Positions 9,012-18,884 of a stretch of DNA of 64,000 bases are shown in pieces. The stretch is from positions 1,632,001 to 1,696,000 of the forward strand of contig OZ219802.1 in the NCBI GenBank assembly GCA_964291655.2, read 5' to 3'. Origin of the DNA: Chloroflexota bacterium. GTDB taxonomy: Bacteria > Chloroflexota > UBA11872 > VXOZ01. Both the position numbers and the translations under genes were made by a program. The notes below the pieces were generated by a model. It saw only the letters and a program-made list of their open reading frames with translations, did no database searches and was not told the DNA's origin. Each line of letters starts with the position of its first letter. The first letter of the stretch is position 1.

Positions 9012-9238
9012 CTTGACGGGAGAGGGATAGGGTGAGGGTGATTCCTCGACTGTCGCAATCTATTGACCGTCGTATTGCTAACGAGGTCGGTTATTTCAGT
9101 GATTGAGAACGGGGCGGCAAGAAATCTCCCCACACCGGCCCTCTCCCCAAGGAAAGGGAGAAGTCTGGAACCACTTGCGGGAGCAATCCCTCGGATTGGA
9201 TTTCTGCGCGTGCCTCGCACGCAATGCGATGGGTAACC

Positions 9239-10747
9239 CTAGAGCAGCTTGCGGGGTGACGGGTCTCTGCGATTTGGCGGCGGCTCGCTACGGCCCAGGA
9301 TTACGTTGGCGGCGTACTGGCGGCCCGCGTAGGGGTCTTCCAGTTGCAGCATCCAGTCCCACAGGCGGTCTTGCAGCCGCTCGCGCACGTCGGCGCAATG
9401 CGGATTCTCGGCGAGATTATAGGTCTCGTAGGGATCTTCCTGCAGGTCGTAGAGCTCATCGTAGTCGAACCCGTTGAAGACGAACTTGTAGCGCCCGTCG
9501 CAGATGGTGCGGTTCATGAAGTAGAAGATGTTGCCGTGGTCTTGCATGAAGAGTTCCCGGTGTTCCGGACGGTCTGCGGCGCCGTCCTGGCCCGAAAGCA
9601 GCGGTACGAGCGAGATGCCGTGGGCGCCCTCCAGCGGCTCCGCACCGGCCAAATCGAGGAAGGTCGGCCCTAGGTCAAGCGTACGCACGTAGTCGTCGCA
9701 CACCTGGCCCGCCGCGAACCCCGCCGGCCAGCGCATGATGTACGGCATGCGGTGGGTCTCCTCATAGGGCCAGATGTCCTTGAACCATAGGCCGTGCGCG
9801 CCCATCATGTCGCCATGGTCGGAGGTATAGACCACCACCGTACTGTCGGCCTGGCCGGATTCGTCCAGGAAATCCAGTACCGAGCCGACGTAGTGGTCGA
9901 TCAGGGAGCTATAGGCCTGATAGTGCGCGTTGGACTTGCGGGTGTGCTCCTCATCAATCTCGCGAAACCACGTCTCGCGCGCCCGGCGCACGTAGGCGGG
10001 CTTGGCTGCGCCGTCTGTGTAGAAGCTCGGCGGCACCGGCACGTCGCGCCAGTCGAAACGGTCCGCATACTCTTTGGGCACCACGTAGGGATTGTGCGGG
10101 CCGGTGAAATTCATCCAGAGGCACCAGGGATCGTCACTTTCTTCATCGGCGAGGGCGCGCAATTGCTGTAACCCCGCTTCGGCCTGCATGGCCGTTGTCG
10201 ATGCTTCAGGAGGCGCATCCTCAACGCCGTAATGGAGCCAGTAGATACCCGCCGCGTCGTGGAAGCCCCATGTGCCCGCCCGCGGCCCGCTGCCGGCGCT
10301 CGGCTTTGCCTCGCCGCCCTGCTGTTCCGTGCGGATGCGGTGGTCGCGCAGGTATGCAGCCTTGTCGAACTCCCGTTCTTCCGTATCGAAGCCGTATTCC
10401 ACCGGACCGCGTTCCCAGCCGATATGCGCCTTGCCGGCGTAGCGCATGCGATAGCCCGCCGCGCTCATGAGCGGCCCCCAGGAAGGCACGCCGTCGCGAA
10501 TCTCGCGGCTGACAGCGTAGGGCACATGGCAATTGTTCAGCACGTGGTGCGCGTGGGGATAGACGGCAGTGGCAATTGAGGCCCGCGCCGGAGCGCAGGG
10601 CGTGGTCACCGTGTAGCCGCGACGGAACCAAATGCCCTCCCGCGCCAGCCGTTCCAAATTGGGCGAATACCCGTCCGCCGCCGGTCCCGCCGTGGCGTAC
10701 TGCTGCTGATCGGACATGATGAGGAGGATGTTCGGTTGCTTAGCCAA
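9239..10747 (-). CDS. Sulfatase (Cys-type formylglycine)
   Basis: PNILLIMSDQ, CAPARAS (CxPxR), YAGKAH, YTSDHGDMMGAHG, ELYDLQEDPYE; TTG start inferred. Confidence 0.93.
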   Translation of the reverse strand: MAKQPNILLIMSDQQQYATAGPAADGYSPNLERLAREGIWFRRGYTVTTPCAPARASIATAVYPHAHHVLNNCHVPYAVSREIRDGVPSWGPLMSAAGYRMRYAGKAHIGWERGPVEYGFDTEEREFDKAAYLRDHRIRTEQQGGEAKPSAGSGPRAGTWGFHDAAGIYWLHYGVEDAPPEASTTAMQAEAGLQQLRALADEESDDPWCLWMNFTGPHNPYVVPKEYADRFDWRDVPVPPSFYTDGAAKPAYVRRARETWFREIDEEHTRKSNAHYQAYSSLIDHYVGSVLDFLDESGQADSTVVVYTSDHGDMMGAHGLWFKDIWPYEETHRMPYIMRWPAGFAAGQVCDDYVRTLDLGPTFLDLAGAEPLEGAHGISLVPLLSGQDGAADRPEHRELFMQDHGNIFYFMNRTICDGRYKFVFNGFDYDELYDLQEDPYETYNLAENPHCADVRERLQDRLWDWMLQLEDPYAGRQYAANVILGRSEPPPNRRDPSPRKLL

Positions 10748-10911
10748 TTGAAATGCCCTCTCTTTCAACGGGGAATCTAGAAAACGTCATGTCGCTAGAC
10801 TTCTGAGGCTTGGGTCGTTTGCCCCACTGTAGCAGCTTGATACGGACAAAGAGCGGCGAATTCCCAGGCGGAGCGGGGCAAATACCCGAACGCAGCACGG
10901 CCGAGGCCAAC

Positions 10912-11337
10912 CTACATTCGTACCCGCGGCCAGGTGGTGAGCAGCCACACGGTGATGGCGGCCGTGACGACGTGCATGACCATGAGGCTGGCGACGGCGG
11001 GGACGGTCGCGCCGGGGCCGTTCGTCGTGAGCATCAGGATGTTCGGCACGAAGGAGAGCAGGAGCAGGATGAACGCCAATCCGCGGAAGACCTTGATGGC
11101 GTGTTTCGTGAGGCGGGCCAGGATTGCAAAGACAATCGTCGCGCCCAAGACGCCGACAAATGTCAGGAAGATAATGCCTTGCCACTCCTGCAACGCAGCG
11201 AAGAGCGTCGAGATGGGGAAAACGGCCTTCACCACGATGCGCACAAGGGCATTTGCGATCAGCGAGAGCACAAACGCGGCTCCGCCGGCCAGCCACACGC
11301 GACTTATTGCTATCCGGTCCGCCCAGGGCGTACTCAT
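10912..11337 (-). CDS. Small 4-TM membrane protein (DUF6069-like)
   Basis: Four hydrophobic segments, LLLSFVP, LMVMHVV; SD AGGAG. Confidence 0.7.
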   Translation of the reverse strand: MSTPWADRIAISRVWLAGGAAFVLSLIANALVRIVVKAVFPISTLFAALQEWQGIIFLTFVGVLGATIVFAILARLTKHAIKVFRGLAFILLLLSFVPNILMLTTNGPGATVPAVASLMVMHVVTAAITVWLLTTWPRVRM

Positions 11338-11575
11338 GTCCGCAAACTCCTCGTGAGAGCCGGCAAGACTCTAGATGATCGAAAATGGAAGCCCGATCAA
11401 ATACCCGCCTGCAATGACGCCTGCGATTGGAACAGAAAAACCCTTGTCTCTGCTGCCAACGCCGCCGCTCTTGCTGGCGAACGAGCGCATACCTTCAACC
11501 AAGCCTCTAACCCTCACCCCCGTCGTGTCGATACGCTGTATCGAGTACCGGGCAAGCTCTAACCCTCTCCCTCGG

Positions 11576-12126
11576 GAAGCCTCTGCGTAGCTTCGGCCGG
11601 AGGCGCAAGACTTACTCCCTCTCCCTGGGGAGTGTACAGACCGGGGACATAGGTAACAGTTGTTCGGGGACATGGGTTACACATTTTACTGATTGACACC
11701 TACGAGAGCATTGGGTTGGTCCGGGTTTGAAAAGAGACTGGCGACACAGTGCACTCACTTTCCGCCTGTCAGCTTGTGCCAGAGAAACAAACAGTGTGCA
11801 TAAGGATATTGAGTGGATCTAACTTTCAAGGCAAGGACATCGCATACTACGAAAACCCCCTCGTTCTATGGTGTTACCTATGAGCCCGAACATGTGTTAC
11901 CCATGTCCCCGGTCTATACAGGGAGAGGGCCGGGGTGAGGGGATTTCTGCCTATTCCGTCCTCATTACCTATAGAACCTACACGAAAATGTGCAACATCA
12001 ACAAAAAAGCTCCCCGATTGCGGGTACTTCCCCCCTCACCCCCGTATCGAGTACGGGGCAGGCTCTAACCCTCTCCCGGCGGGTGAGGGGACTTTCTCAC
12101 CTCAGCAACGGTAATGCAATGGTCTC
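11576..12126. mobile_element. Composite family-B MITE containing REPs and a nested IS481-like MITE
   Basis: Degenerate ends GAAGCCTCTGCGTAGC / GGTAATGCAATGGTCTC; direct repeat CTCGG; empty site CCCTCTCC-CTC-GGGAGAG. Confidence 0.6.
11633..11920. mobile_element. Non-autonomous IS481-like element (288 bp)
   Basis: TGTACAGACCGGGGACATAGGTAACA.../...TGTTACCCATGTCCCCGGTCTATACA ends with doubled subterminal repeats; 5-bp duplication GGGAG; no transposase. Confidence 0.8.
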
Positions 12127-12257
12127 CTCGGGGAGAGTGAATAATCGGCCTCAGAGCGAGCGCCGCTTGCTTGCGGTCCCAGCCATGCAAAGTCCGGTTT
12201 TCACGGCGTTGACGCGGGCATTCATAGCCAATTGGCGTTGTGTGGGCGATTCCTACA

Positions 12258-13871
12258 CTACGGGTTCACGTTCATGTCGTATTTGCCCGGCGAGATCAGG
12301 GATTCGGTCGTCATGCCCATGACGCCGCCGCTGGCGCCCTTGGTGAGCGAAGCGCGCACGACCTTGATCGGGTCTACTATGCCGGCCTTGATCATGTTGA
12401 CGAATTTGCCGTTGTGCGCGTCGAAGCCGGTGGGATAGCGTCTGCGGTAGATGTCGGCAATGATGGCCTCAGGATCGTAGCCACCATTCAAGAGGATCTG
12501 GCGCAGCGGCGCCTCTGCCGCTTCGGCCATGATTCTAATGCCGTAGGCCTCTTCCTCGTCGGCAGCCTTGAGCTTGCGCAGCGCTTTGGCGGCGTGGATG
12601 AATGCGATGCCGCCACCGGGCACCACTCCTTCTTCTAACGCGGCGCGCACGGCCAACATGGCATCGTCGGCGCGCAGCTTCTTCTCTTTCATTTCGCCTT
12701 CGGTGAACCCGCCAACTTTGAGGATTGCGATACCGCCGCTGAGCTTGCCCATGCGCTCGCGCATCTTATTGCGCTCGAATTCATTCTTCTCGTCGGGCAA
12801 GAGCTTCTTGACTTCCTGGATACGGCGCCGGATGGCTACCTCACTGCCCATGCCACCCACGATAGTAAAGAAGTCGCGGTTGCACCAGACGCGCCGCGCG
12901 CGACCCAGATCGGCCACGGTAATGTCTTCCGTCAGGTCTCCGGAGTCGTCTGAGACGAAGGTGCCGCCGGTCATGATGGCAATGTCTTCGAGGATATGCA
13001 CCATACGGTTGCCGGCGCCGGGTGCCTTAATGGCAAGGGTCTGAATCTCGCCTTCCTGCTTGTTGACCACCAGCGTGGCGAGGGCATCGGCTTCCACCGT
13101 GTTCGCAAAGACCACGAGGCTCTTGCCGCCGACCGACTTCACCGCTTCCAGTGCCGGAATTACCTCTTCAGCCCGCTTGAGCTGGCGGTCGGTCACCAGG
13201 ATAAACGGCGACTCAATGGTGCAGTCCATGCGGTCGGGGTTGGTGATGAAGTAGGGAGAAAGATACCCCTTGTCCCATTGCATGCCTTCCACGTACTCGC
13301 GGTCGACGCGATTCATGCTGCGGGATTCTTCCACCACGATGATGGCGTCGCGACCCAGCGTTTCGACGATCTCGCCGATCAACGCGCCCATGTATTCATC
13401 GAGACAGACTACGCTCGCCAGCCGCTTGATCTCATCCCGGGTCTCGAGCGTAACGGTCAACTCGCTAATCTCATCCAGCATCACCTTGGCCGCCCGCTCG
13501 ATGCCCTTGCGCAGCGCCATGGGATTGAATCCGACAGCCATTGCTTTGTACGACTGGTCGAGAATGGACTGTGCAATCACGGCGGTCGTGGTGGTGCCGT
13601 CACCGGCCTGTTCGCCTACGTGCCACGCCAAATGGCGTATGAGCATAGCGCCCATGTTCTCAAAGCGGTCCGGCAGTTCCACGATGCGGCGCGCGATGGT
13701 GGCGCCGTCATTCATGATCTCGGGCGGCGCAGTGCGCTGGGACATGCTTTCCAAGGCGACGGTACGCGCCTTGGGCCCCAGCGTGACCCGCAGCACGTTC
13801 GCCATGGTGTCAAAGCCGCGCTTGAAGGCTTCACGAGCTTCCGGTTCCAATAGCAAGCGTTGTTGTGGCAT
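12258..13871 (-). CDS. groEL: Divergent group I chaperonin (GroEL paralog)
   Basis: TLGPK, AGDGTTT, EGMQWDKGYLSPYF, KAPG, EEGVVPGGG, GIVDPIKV; no GGM tail. Confidence 0.93.
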   Translation of the reverse strand: MPQQRLLLEPEAREAFKRGFDTMANVLRVTLGPKARTVALESMSQRTAPPEIMNDGATIARRIVELPDRFENMGAMLIRHLAWHVGEQAGDGTTTTAVIAQSILDQSYKAMAVGFNPMALRKGIERAAKVMLDEISELTVTLETRDEIKRLASVVCLDEYMGALIGEIVETLGRDAIIVVEESRSMNRVDREYVEGMQWDKGYLSPYFITNPDRMDCTIESPFILVTDRQLKRAEEVIPALEAVKSVGGKSLVVFANTVEADALATLVVNKQEGEIQTLAIKAPGAGNRMVHILEDIAIMTGGTFVSDDSGDLTEDITVADLGRARRVWCNRDFFTIVGGMGSEVAIRRRIQEVKKLLPDEKNEFERNKMRERMGKLSGGIAILKVGGFTEGEMKEKKLRADDAMLAVRAALEEGVVPGGGIAFIHAAKALRKLKAADEEEAYGIRIMAEAAEAPLRQILLNGGYDPEAIIADIYRRRYPTGFDAHNGKFVNMIKAGIVDPIKVVRASLTKGASGGVMGMTTESLISPGKYDMNVNP

Positions 13872-14061
13872 TTACTCGCTGTCTCCCAATCAATGAGCAA
13901 CTGTGGTGTTCTCCGCTTAAGCCACAGCGTATATTACAACTTACGCGTGCTAGCGAAGACGAGCACGTCGGAGATGGTTCAGTTATTGTTGCGGCCCTAC
14001 CTTATGGAAAGCGCCACGTATGTACGATACACAAGAAAGGCAGCTAACCGCAAGGGGGCAT

Positions 14062-14118
14062 AGAAAGAAGAACCGGGGAGCGAGCGCGTTTTGGGTATGT
14101 GATGCGCTTCATCCCCGG
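14062..14118 (-). terminator. Possible terminator between groES and the groEL paralog
   Basis: Minus strand CCGGGGA...TCCCCGG followed by TTCTTCTTTCT. Confidence 0.45.
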
Positions 14119-14268
14119 CCTCTTAAAAGTCTTAGATCGTGCGCCTTAGCGTGATCATTTCAGCCGTTGTATCGTGTCCGACAAGGCCTGCATTCACGCT
14201 GTCGGTATATCCGCTTAGAACGTGTATATAGCGGCGAACACCGGCGACCTTGTCGAAGACAGCACCGG

Positions 14269-14574
14269 CTAGTCGAGAATCGCCAGCACGTCCTTTTCGC
14301 TAAGGATCAATAGCTCGTCGTCGCCCAGCTTCACCTCGGTCCCGGCATACTTGGCAAAGAGAATGCGTTGGCCCGGCTCTACGGACACAGTTACCTTCTC
14401 ACCGCTGTCAAGCGTGCGGCCTTCCCCTACTGCTACCACCTCGCCCTCTTGGGGCTTCTCTTTGGCGGTATCCGGCAGGACGATCCCGCTGCGGGTCTTC
14501 TCTTCTTGTTCAAGAGCTTTTACAACCACACGATCACCCAGCGGGGTAATCTTGGTACTCGTCGCTGTGGACAT
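14269..14574 (-). CDS. groES: Co-chaperonin GroES
   Basis: [40 protein letters not shown]. Confidence 0.97.
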   Translation of the reverse strand: MSTATSTKITPLGDRVVVKALEQEEKTRSGIVLPDTAKEKPQEGEVVAVGEGRTLDSGEKVTVSVEPGQRILFAKYAGTEVKLGDDELLILSEKDVLAILD

Positions 14575-14643
14575 CCGTAACAATCCTCCCGATACGTAGA
14601 AAACTATACAACCAATACATCATAGCGTAGAGTGCGCGCTTAT

Positions 14644-14703
14644 CCAGCACTCTACGCACGGTAGTGATATCGCCATTATACTGAGCGAACCCCGCGAGGT
14701 CAA
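14644..14703 (-). promoter_or_regulatory. groES promoter with degenerate CIRCE (HrcA) element
   Basis: TTGACC-17bp-TATAAT (14703-14675), then ATATCACTA-N9-GAGTGCTGG versus CIRCE TTAGCACTC-N9-GAGTGCTAA. Confidence 0.7.
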
Positions 14704-14786
14704 GGTATTACGCGCTTGATGGAACAGGAGGCCAGGGACCGCAGCCTGTTACGCCGCAGGTAGACTCAATGGCAGACACGCGCTGG

Positions 14787-15992
14787 CTAGCGCGAAGCGC
14801 ATCGCTGCCGGACGAGCGCAGCCACACGCTCGAGGACTACGGCGGCGACCTCGGATTTGGGCAGCAGGGGCAATGGCTCAGGAGGAGAACCCTGGCTCAG
14901 GATCACAACCTGATTCGTGTCTGTGCCAAAGCCGCTATCGGGCTGCGAAATGTCGTTCCCAACAATCATGTCCGCGTTCTTGCGCGCGAGTTTGATCTCC
15001 GCATTCTGTAGCAGGCCTTCGGTCTCGGCGGCAAAGCCCACCTTGACGAGTGTGGTAGGAACCTGGCGGAGAATGTCTTCATTTTCGACCAGCGAAAGGC
15101 TGAGCGGCTCGCCGGTGCGTTTCGTCTTCTGGCTGCGGGCGGTCTCCGGGCGGTAGTCGGCAACCGCTGCGGCCATGATGAGCGCATCGGCTTGGACGGT
15201 GTGCTCCCTTACGGCTGCGAGCATGTCGGCGGCAGTGGTGGCAGACACCGCGGCAATGCCGGCAGGCGGCGGCTCGGTGGTAGCACCTTGGATAAGAATT
15301 ACGCGCGCGCCGAAGTCACGCGCCGCCTCGGCGAGCGCAAACCCCATCTTGCCACTGGAGCGGTTCCCGATGTACCGCACCGGATCCAGCGGCTCTTGGG
15401 TGCCGCCGGCGGTCACCACGACCGTCTTGCCCGCTAGCGGACCGCTCTTGCCCAGCAGGGCGCGCATTTCAGCCAGGAGCGCATCCACTTCCGGCATGCG
15501 CCCTTTAGCGACGAGTCCCGAGGCGGCCCGACCCTCGAGCGGCTCGACGACGCGCACACCGCGTGCGCGCAGCGTGGCGAGGCTCGCCTGCGTGGCCGCA
15601 TGGGTAAACATGCCGCCGTCCATGGCCGGAGCGACCAGCACCGGCGCCTGCGTGCTGAGAAACGTACAGGTAAGAAGATCATCGGAGAGTCCCTGCGCCA
15701 TCCGGGCAAGCGTGTGGGCCGTGGCAGGAACCACCGCAAGCAGATCAGCCTCTTCTGCCAGGGCAATGTGCAAAATGCGGCCGGGGTCAGGCGTAAAGAG
15801 GTCCAAATGGGCCGGACGCTGCGTCACGCTGGCAAAAGAGAGCGGAGTTACAAACCGTGCGGCGTCTCTGGTAAGGATGGTGGTGACCGCTGCACCGGCT
15901 TGTGTAAGCTGGCTGGCGAGCGCTACCGCCTTGAACGCGGCAATGCTCCCACAAACGCCGAGTACAATGCGTTTTTCTCTCAAGACACTCAT
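14787..15992 (-). CDS. coaBC: Bifunctional phosphopantothenoylcysteine decarboxylase/ligase
   Basis: GVCGSIAAFK, APAMDGGM, TAGGTQEPLDPVRYIGNRSSGKMG, AAVADYRP, GFAAET. Confidence 0.96.
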   Translation of the reverse strand: MSVLREKRIVLGVCGSIAAFKAVALASQLTQAGAAVTTILTRDAARFVTPLSFASVTQRPAHLDLFTPDPGRILHIALAEEADLLAVVPATAHTLARMAQGLSDDLLTCTFLSTQAPVLVAPAMDGGMFTHAATQASLATLRARGVRVVEPLEGRAASGLVAKGRMPEVDALLAEMRALLGKSGPLAGKTVVVTAGGTQEPLDPVRYIGNRSSGKMGFALAEAARDFGARVILIQGATTEPPPAGIAAVSATTAADMLAAVREHTVQADALIMAAAVADYRPETARSQKTKRTGEPLSLSLVENEDILRQVPTTLVKVGFAAETEGLLQNAEIKLARKNADMIVGNDISQPDSGFGTDTNQVVILSQGSPPEPLPLLPKSEVAAVVLERVAALVRQRCASR

Positions 15993-16259
15993 AGATACAC
16001 AACCTCATACCGTCGCCCCGTCTGTCTTTCACTCTACACCAGTGCTGCAGCGGAGGGTAGGCGCGCAATCAGAATTGAAGACGCAGGCAATCTGCAGCTA
16101 GCTGTCAATGCACTCCGCACTGCGCCAAGGGTGTGCCGTCACAGGAAATAGCATGGGGAGTAGGCTCGCGTTGGCATGGATTGAGCGTCTCAGTCAATAA
16201 GGCAACTCTAGCACCGTAATCAAATCCTGCAGGCCAGCGGATCGCCTTGCGGCCCGTAC

Positions 16260-17027
16260 CTATGCTTGCTTCAGGCGCTCGTAGATAACGCGTAGCCCTT
16301 CCAGCGTCAGGTTCGGGTCTACAGCGTCGATTACAGACGTGTGTCTGGCAAAGAGTTGGGCAAAGCCGCCGGTAGCGATCACTTTGCACCGGCCAAGCTC
16401 GCTGTGTAGGCGCTCGATCATGCCTTCGACGAGTGAAAGGTAACCAAGCATGATGCCGGACTGCATAGCGTGGATCGTGCTCTTGCCCACGACGGTGGCA
16501 GGTGGCTCGAATTCCACGCGGTAGAGCCGCGAGGCCTGCGCCACGAGGGCCTCCGTGGCGAGACCCAGACCCGGCGCTATGGCGCCGCCGACGTAGTTGC
16601 CTTCCGTCGAAACCACATCGAACGTCGTCGCCGTGCCAAAGTCAATGACGATACAGGGCCCGCCGTGCCGCACAAACGCCGCCGCCGTATTCACAACCCG
16701 GTCGGCGCCGACCTCTTCCGGGCGGTCGATCTCCACCATCACGCCGGGCACCGCTCTAGGATCGATCAAAATAGGGGTGTGGCCGAGGTACTTTGCCGCG
16801 ATATCGTGGATTGCCCGTGCTAGAGGCGGCACAACACTGGAGATGATGACGTCTTCACACTGCCCTACGTCCAGTCCGGCATGCTGCAGAAAGCCAACGA
16901 TCTGCACGCCGTATTCGTCGCCGGTCTTCCCGATGTCCGTATTCAAGCGCCAGGAGCCTTTGAGATCGTTCCCGGCAAAAGCCCCCACGGCGATATTGGT
17001 GTTGCCCACGTCAACTACAAGAAGCAC
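16260..17027 (-). CDS. coaX: Type III pantothenate kinase
   Basis: VDVGNTN, SSVVP, GADRVVN, DFGTATTFD, GGAIAPG, IATGG. Confidence 0.96.
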   Translation of the reverse strand: MLLVVDVGNTNIAVGAFAGNDLKGSWRLNTDIGKTGDEYGVQIVGFLQHAGLDVGQCEDVIISSVVPPLARAIHDIAAKYLGHTPILIDPRAVPGVMVEIDRPEEVGADRVVNTAAAFVRHGGPCIVIDFGTATTFDVVSTEGNYVGGAIAPGLGLATEALVAQASRLYRVEFEPPATVVGKSTIHAMQSGIMLGYLSLVEGMIERLHSELGRCKVIATGGFAQLFARHTSVIDAVDPNLTLEGLRVIYERLKQA

Positions 17028-17046
17028 GGAACACTATCCTTGCAGA

Positions 17047-18063
17047 CTATGGCTTGCTGCCTTCTTCGCCGCCAGAGTTTCCATGCTCGTCGGCAGGCTC
17101 ATGTCGTGTGATCTCAGCAGCAGGAGGAAGACCTAAATTCTCCCTGCGCTTTCGCCGCAAGACCTCAAGAAACCTGCCGAGCCACCGCTGCGTATGCGTG
17201 CCGCTGCTGGGACGCAGGTGTTGCGCGGCGGCCGCCAGGTACGGCTGGCTGATGCGCTGCAGGTAGGCCGGCACGCCTTCCGTGCGGATGGTACCGAGAG
17301 AGTCGCGATAGAAGGAAAAGAGATGCACGTTGCCGAGTTGAATGCCCGCCTGAATCGCGCCCGCCGCAACCAACGATGAGACCACGAACAGCGAACGGTT
17401 CTGCTCGGCTGCCGCTCTATTCATCTCTGTGAATATCTGGGTCATATCGCGCGGGTCGGGGAGTTTTCCCGCATTTTGCCGGAATTGACCCAGGCTGGAG
17501 CGCATTTCATCGATGGCCAGGGGCGGTATGTCTATCGTGTCCGCCATCTGGCCTGAAGTGCCCCCCAGCGCAGCCAGCAAGTCATCTACGGAGGAAACGT
17601 CGGCATCCGCTGCCAAGACGTTCGAACGCTTGAGTTCCTGGACGAAGGCGTCCAGATAGGCGCGGGTGCCGCCGGTTACGTCGGAAGCAGCCGCCAAGAG
17701 CCACAGCGGCGACCATCCCACCGCAAAGAGACTCGCCATCTCTACAGCGTTGCCCGCCAGCTTGCGCACGGCGAGGTCCTTGACGGCGAGCGACTCCGCC
17801 GACTCTCCGCTCGCAACCCCGCCCACAAACTCAACAACAATGCGCAGCATACGGCCAATGGTGGACTGATAGAGCTGGGAGCGCCGCACCGGCGGCGGCA
17901 GGATGAATTCCGACGTCTCATGCACCAGGCCGCCTGCGCCAGCCGCCGTAGTGCGCACCAGCCGCTCCGGCAGGGTTGCCACATAGGTCCCGGCCTCGAG
18001 CGTGCCCTCCTGCAAGCGCTTTGCGACCGATGGCTCCGTGTTGGGATCAGACGGCGCATCCAT
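17047..18063 (-). CDS. Hypothetical helical protein, first gene upstream of coaX
   Basis: 338-aa ORF with coding-like composition, ~20 bp upstream of coaX; no motif recognised. Confidence 0.7.
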   Translation of the reverse strand: MDAPSDPNTEPSVAKRLQEGTLEAGTYVATLPERLVRTTAAGAGGLVHETSEFILPPPVRRSQLYQSTIGRMLRIVVEFVGGVASGESAESLAVKDLAVRKLAGNAVEMASLFAVGWSPLWLLAAASDVTGGTRAYLDAFVQELKRSNVLAADADVSSVDDLLAALGGTSGQMADTIDIPPLAIDEMRSSLGQFRQNAGKLPDPRDMTQIFTEMNRAAAEQNRSLFVVSSLVAAGAIQAGIQLGNVHLFSFYRDSLGTIRTEGVPAYLQRISQPYLAAAAQHLRPSSGTHTQRWLGRFLEVLRRKRRENLGLPPAAEITRHEPADEHGNSGGEEGSKP

Positions 18064-18337
18064 AAATTCGTTCCGCCCCCGTTACAAAGTTTGCTTAACC
18101 GGTGCTCGCTGCAGCGCACTGACTGCTTCTACAAATATCCTACCACGAGCGGAACACGGGGCCGTTTGGGCCTGTGCGAAGGCATGTGCGAGCGGCGTTT
18201 CTATGAGGCTGCGCATCCGCAAGGCTGACTACATCTCGAGCCAATGCATGCCGCGTAGTGTCATTCCTGTAAGATTCGGGTGATTCGTAGACAGCATTCG
18301 CATTCCATTCTGAAGAGTAGACGGTCCATGGCATTCC

Positions 18338-18605
18338 TGTAATTGTCAGGTAATTCGTTGACAGATTTGAGAACAAAAGCAGCTGAACGCAGTACTCTAC
18401 ATGAACAGTACACATGTCATTCCGAACGGAGCGCAGCGAAGAGTCGCTCGGAGCGCGGAATCTAAGATGTTGAGCCTATTGGGCGACACGTTGCATGGGC
18501 CCTAGATTCCGCGAGCCCTGTTCGACGCTCCGCTCGGAATGACATGATCTGTCAACACTGCCAATTTGGGAGAGAATTCTGTCAACGAATTACTCAACAT
18601 TTACA
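18338..18605. mobile_element. Family-A MITE (TGTA...TACA) with 5-bp duplication ATTCC
   Basis: TGTAATTGTCAGGTAATTCGTTGACAG / CTGTCAACGAATTACTCAACATTTACA flanked by ATTCC on both sides, inside a GTCATTCCGAGCG REP. Confidence 0.8.
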
Positions 18606-18884
18606 ATTCCGAGCGCAGCGAGGAATCTAAGACGTACGCCTTCATCCAATGCCGCCAGCCTGCGGCGAGCGTTAGGCCCCAAAGCAATACGAGCGTCAAT
18701 CAAGGGTCCGCTGTGTAGCACAATGCAGTCCGCGCCGGGCATGCCGGCAAGCCTGAGTTGAGCTTGCCGCAGTGTTCTCATGAGTCTCATCTAAGCACAT
18801 ACGGCTGTTACGTCCGGCAATGTATAATCGTAGGCAGCACTTCACCCAGATCAGCTAACACCAACAAAAGACAAGGAAACCGCC

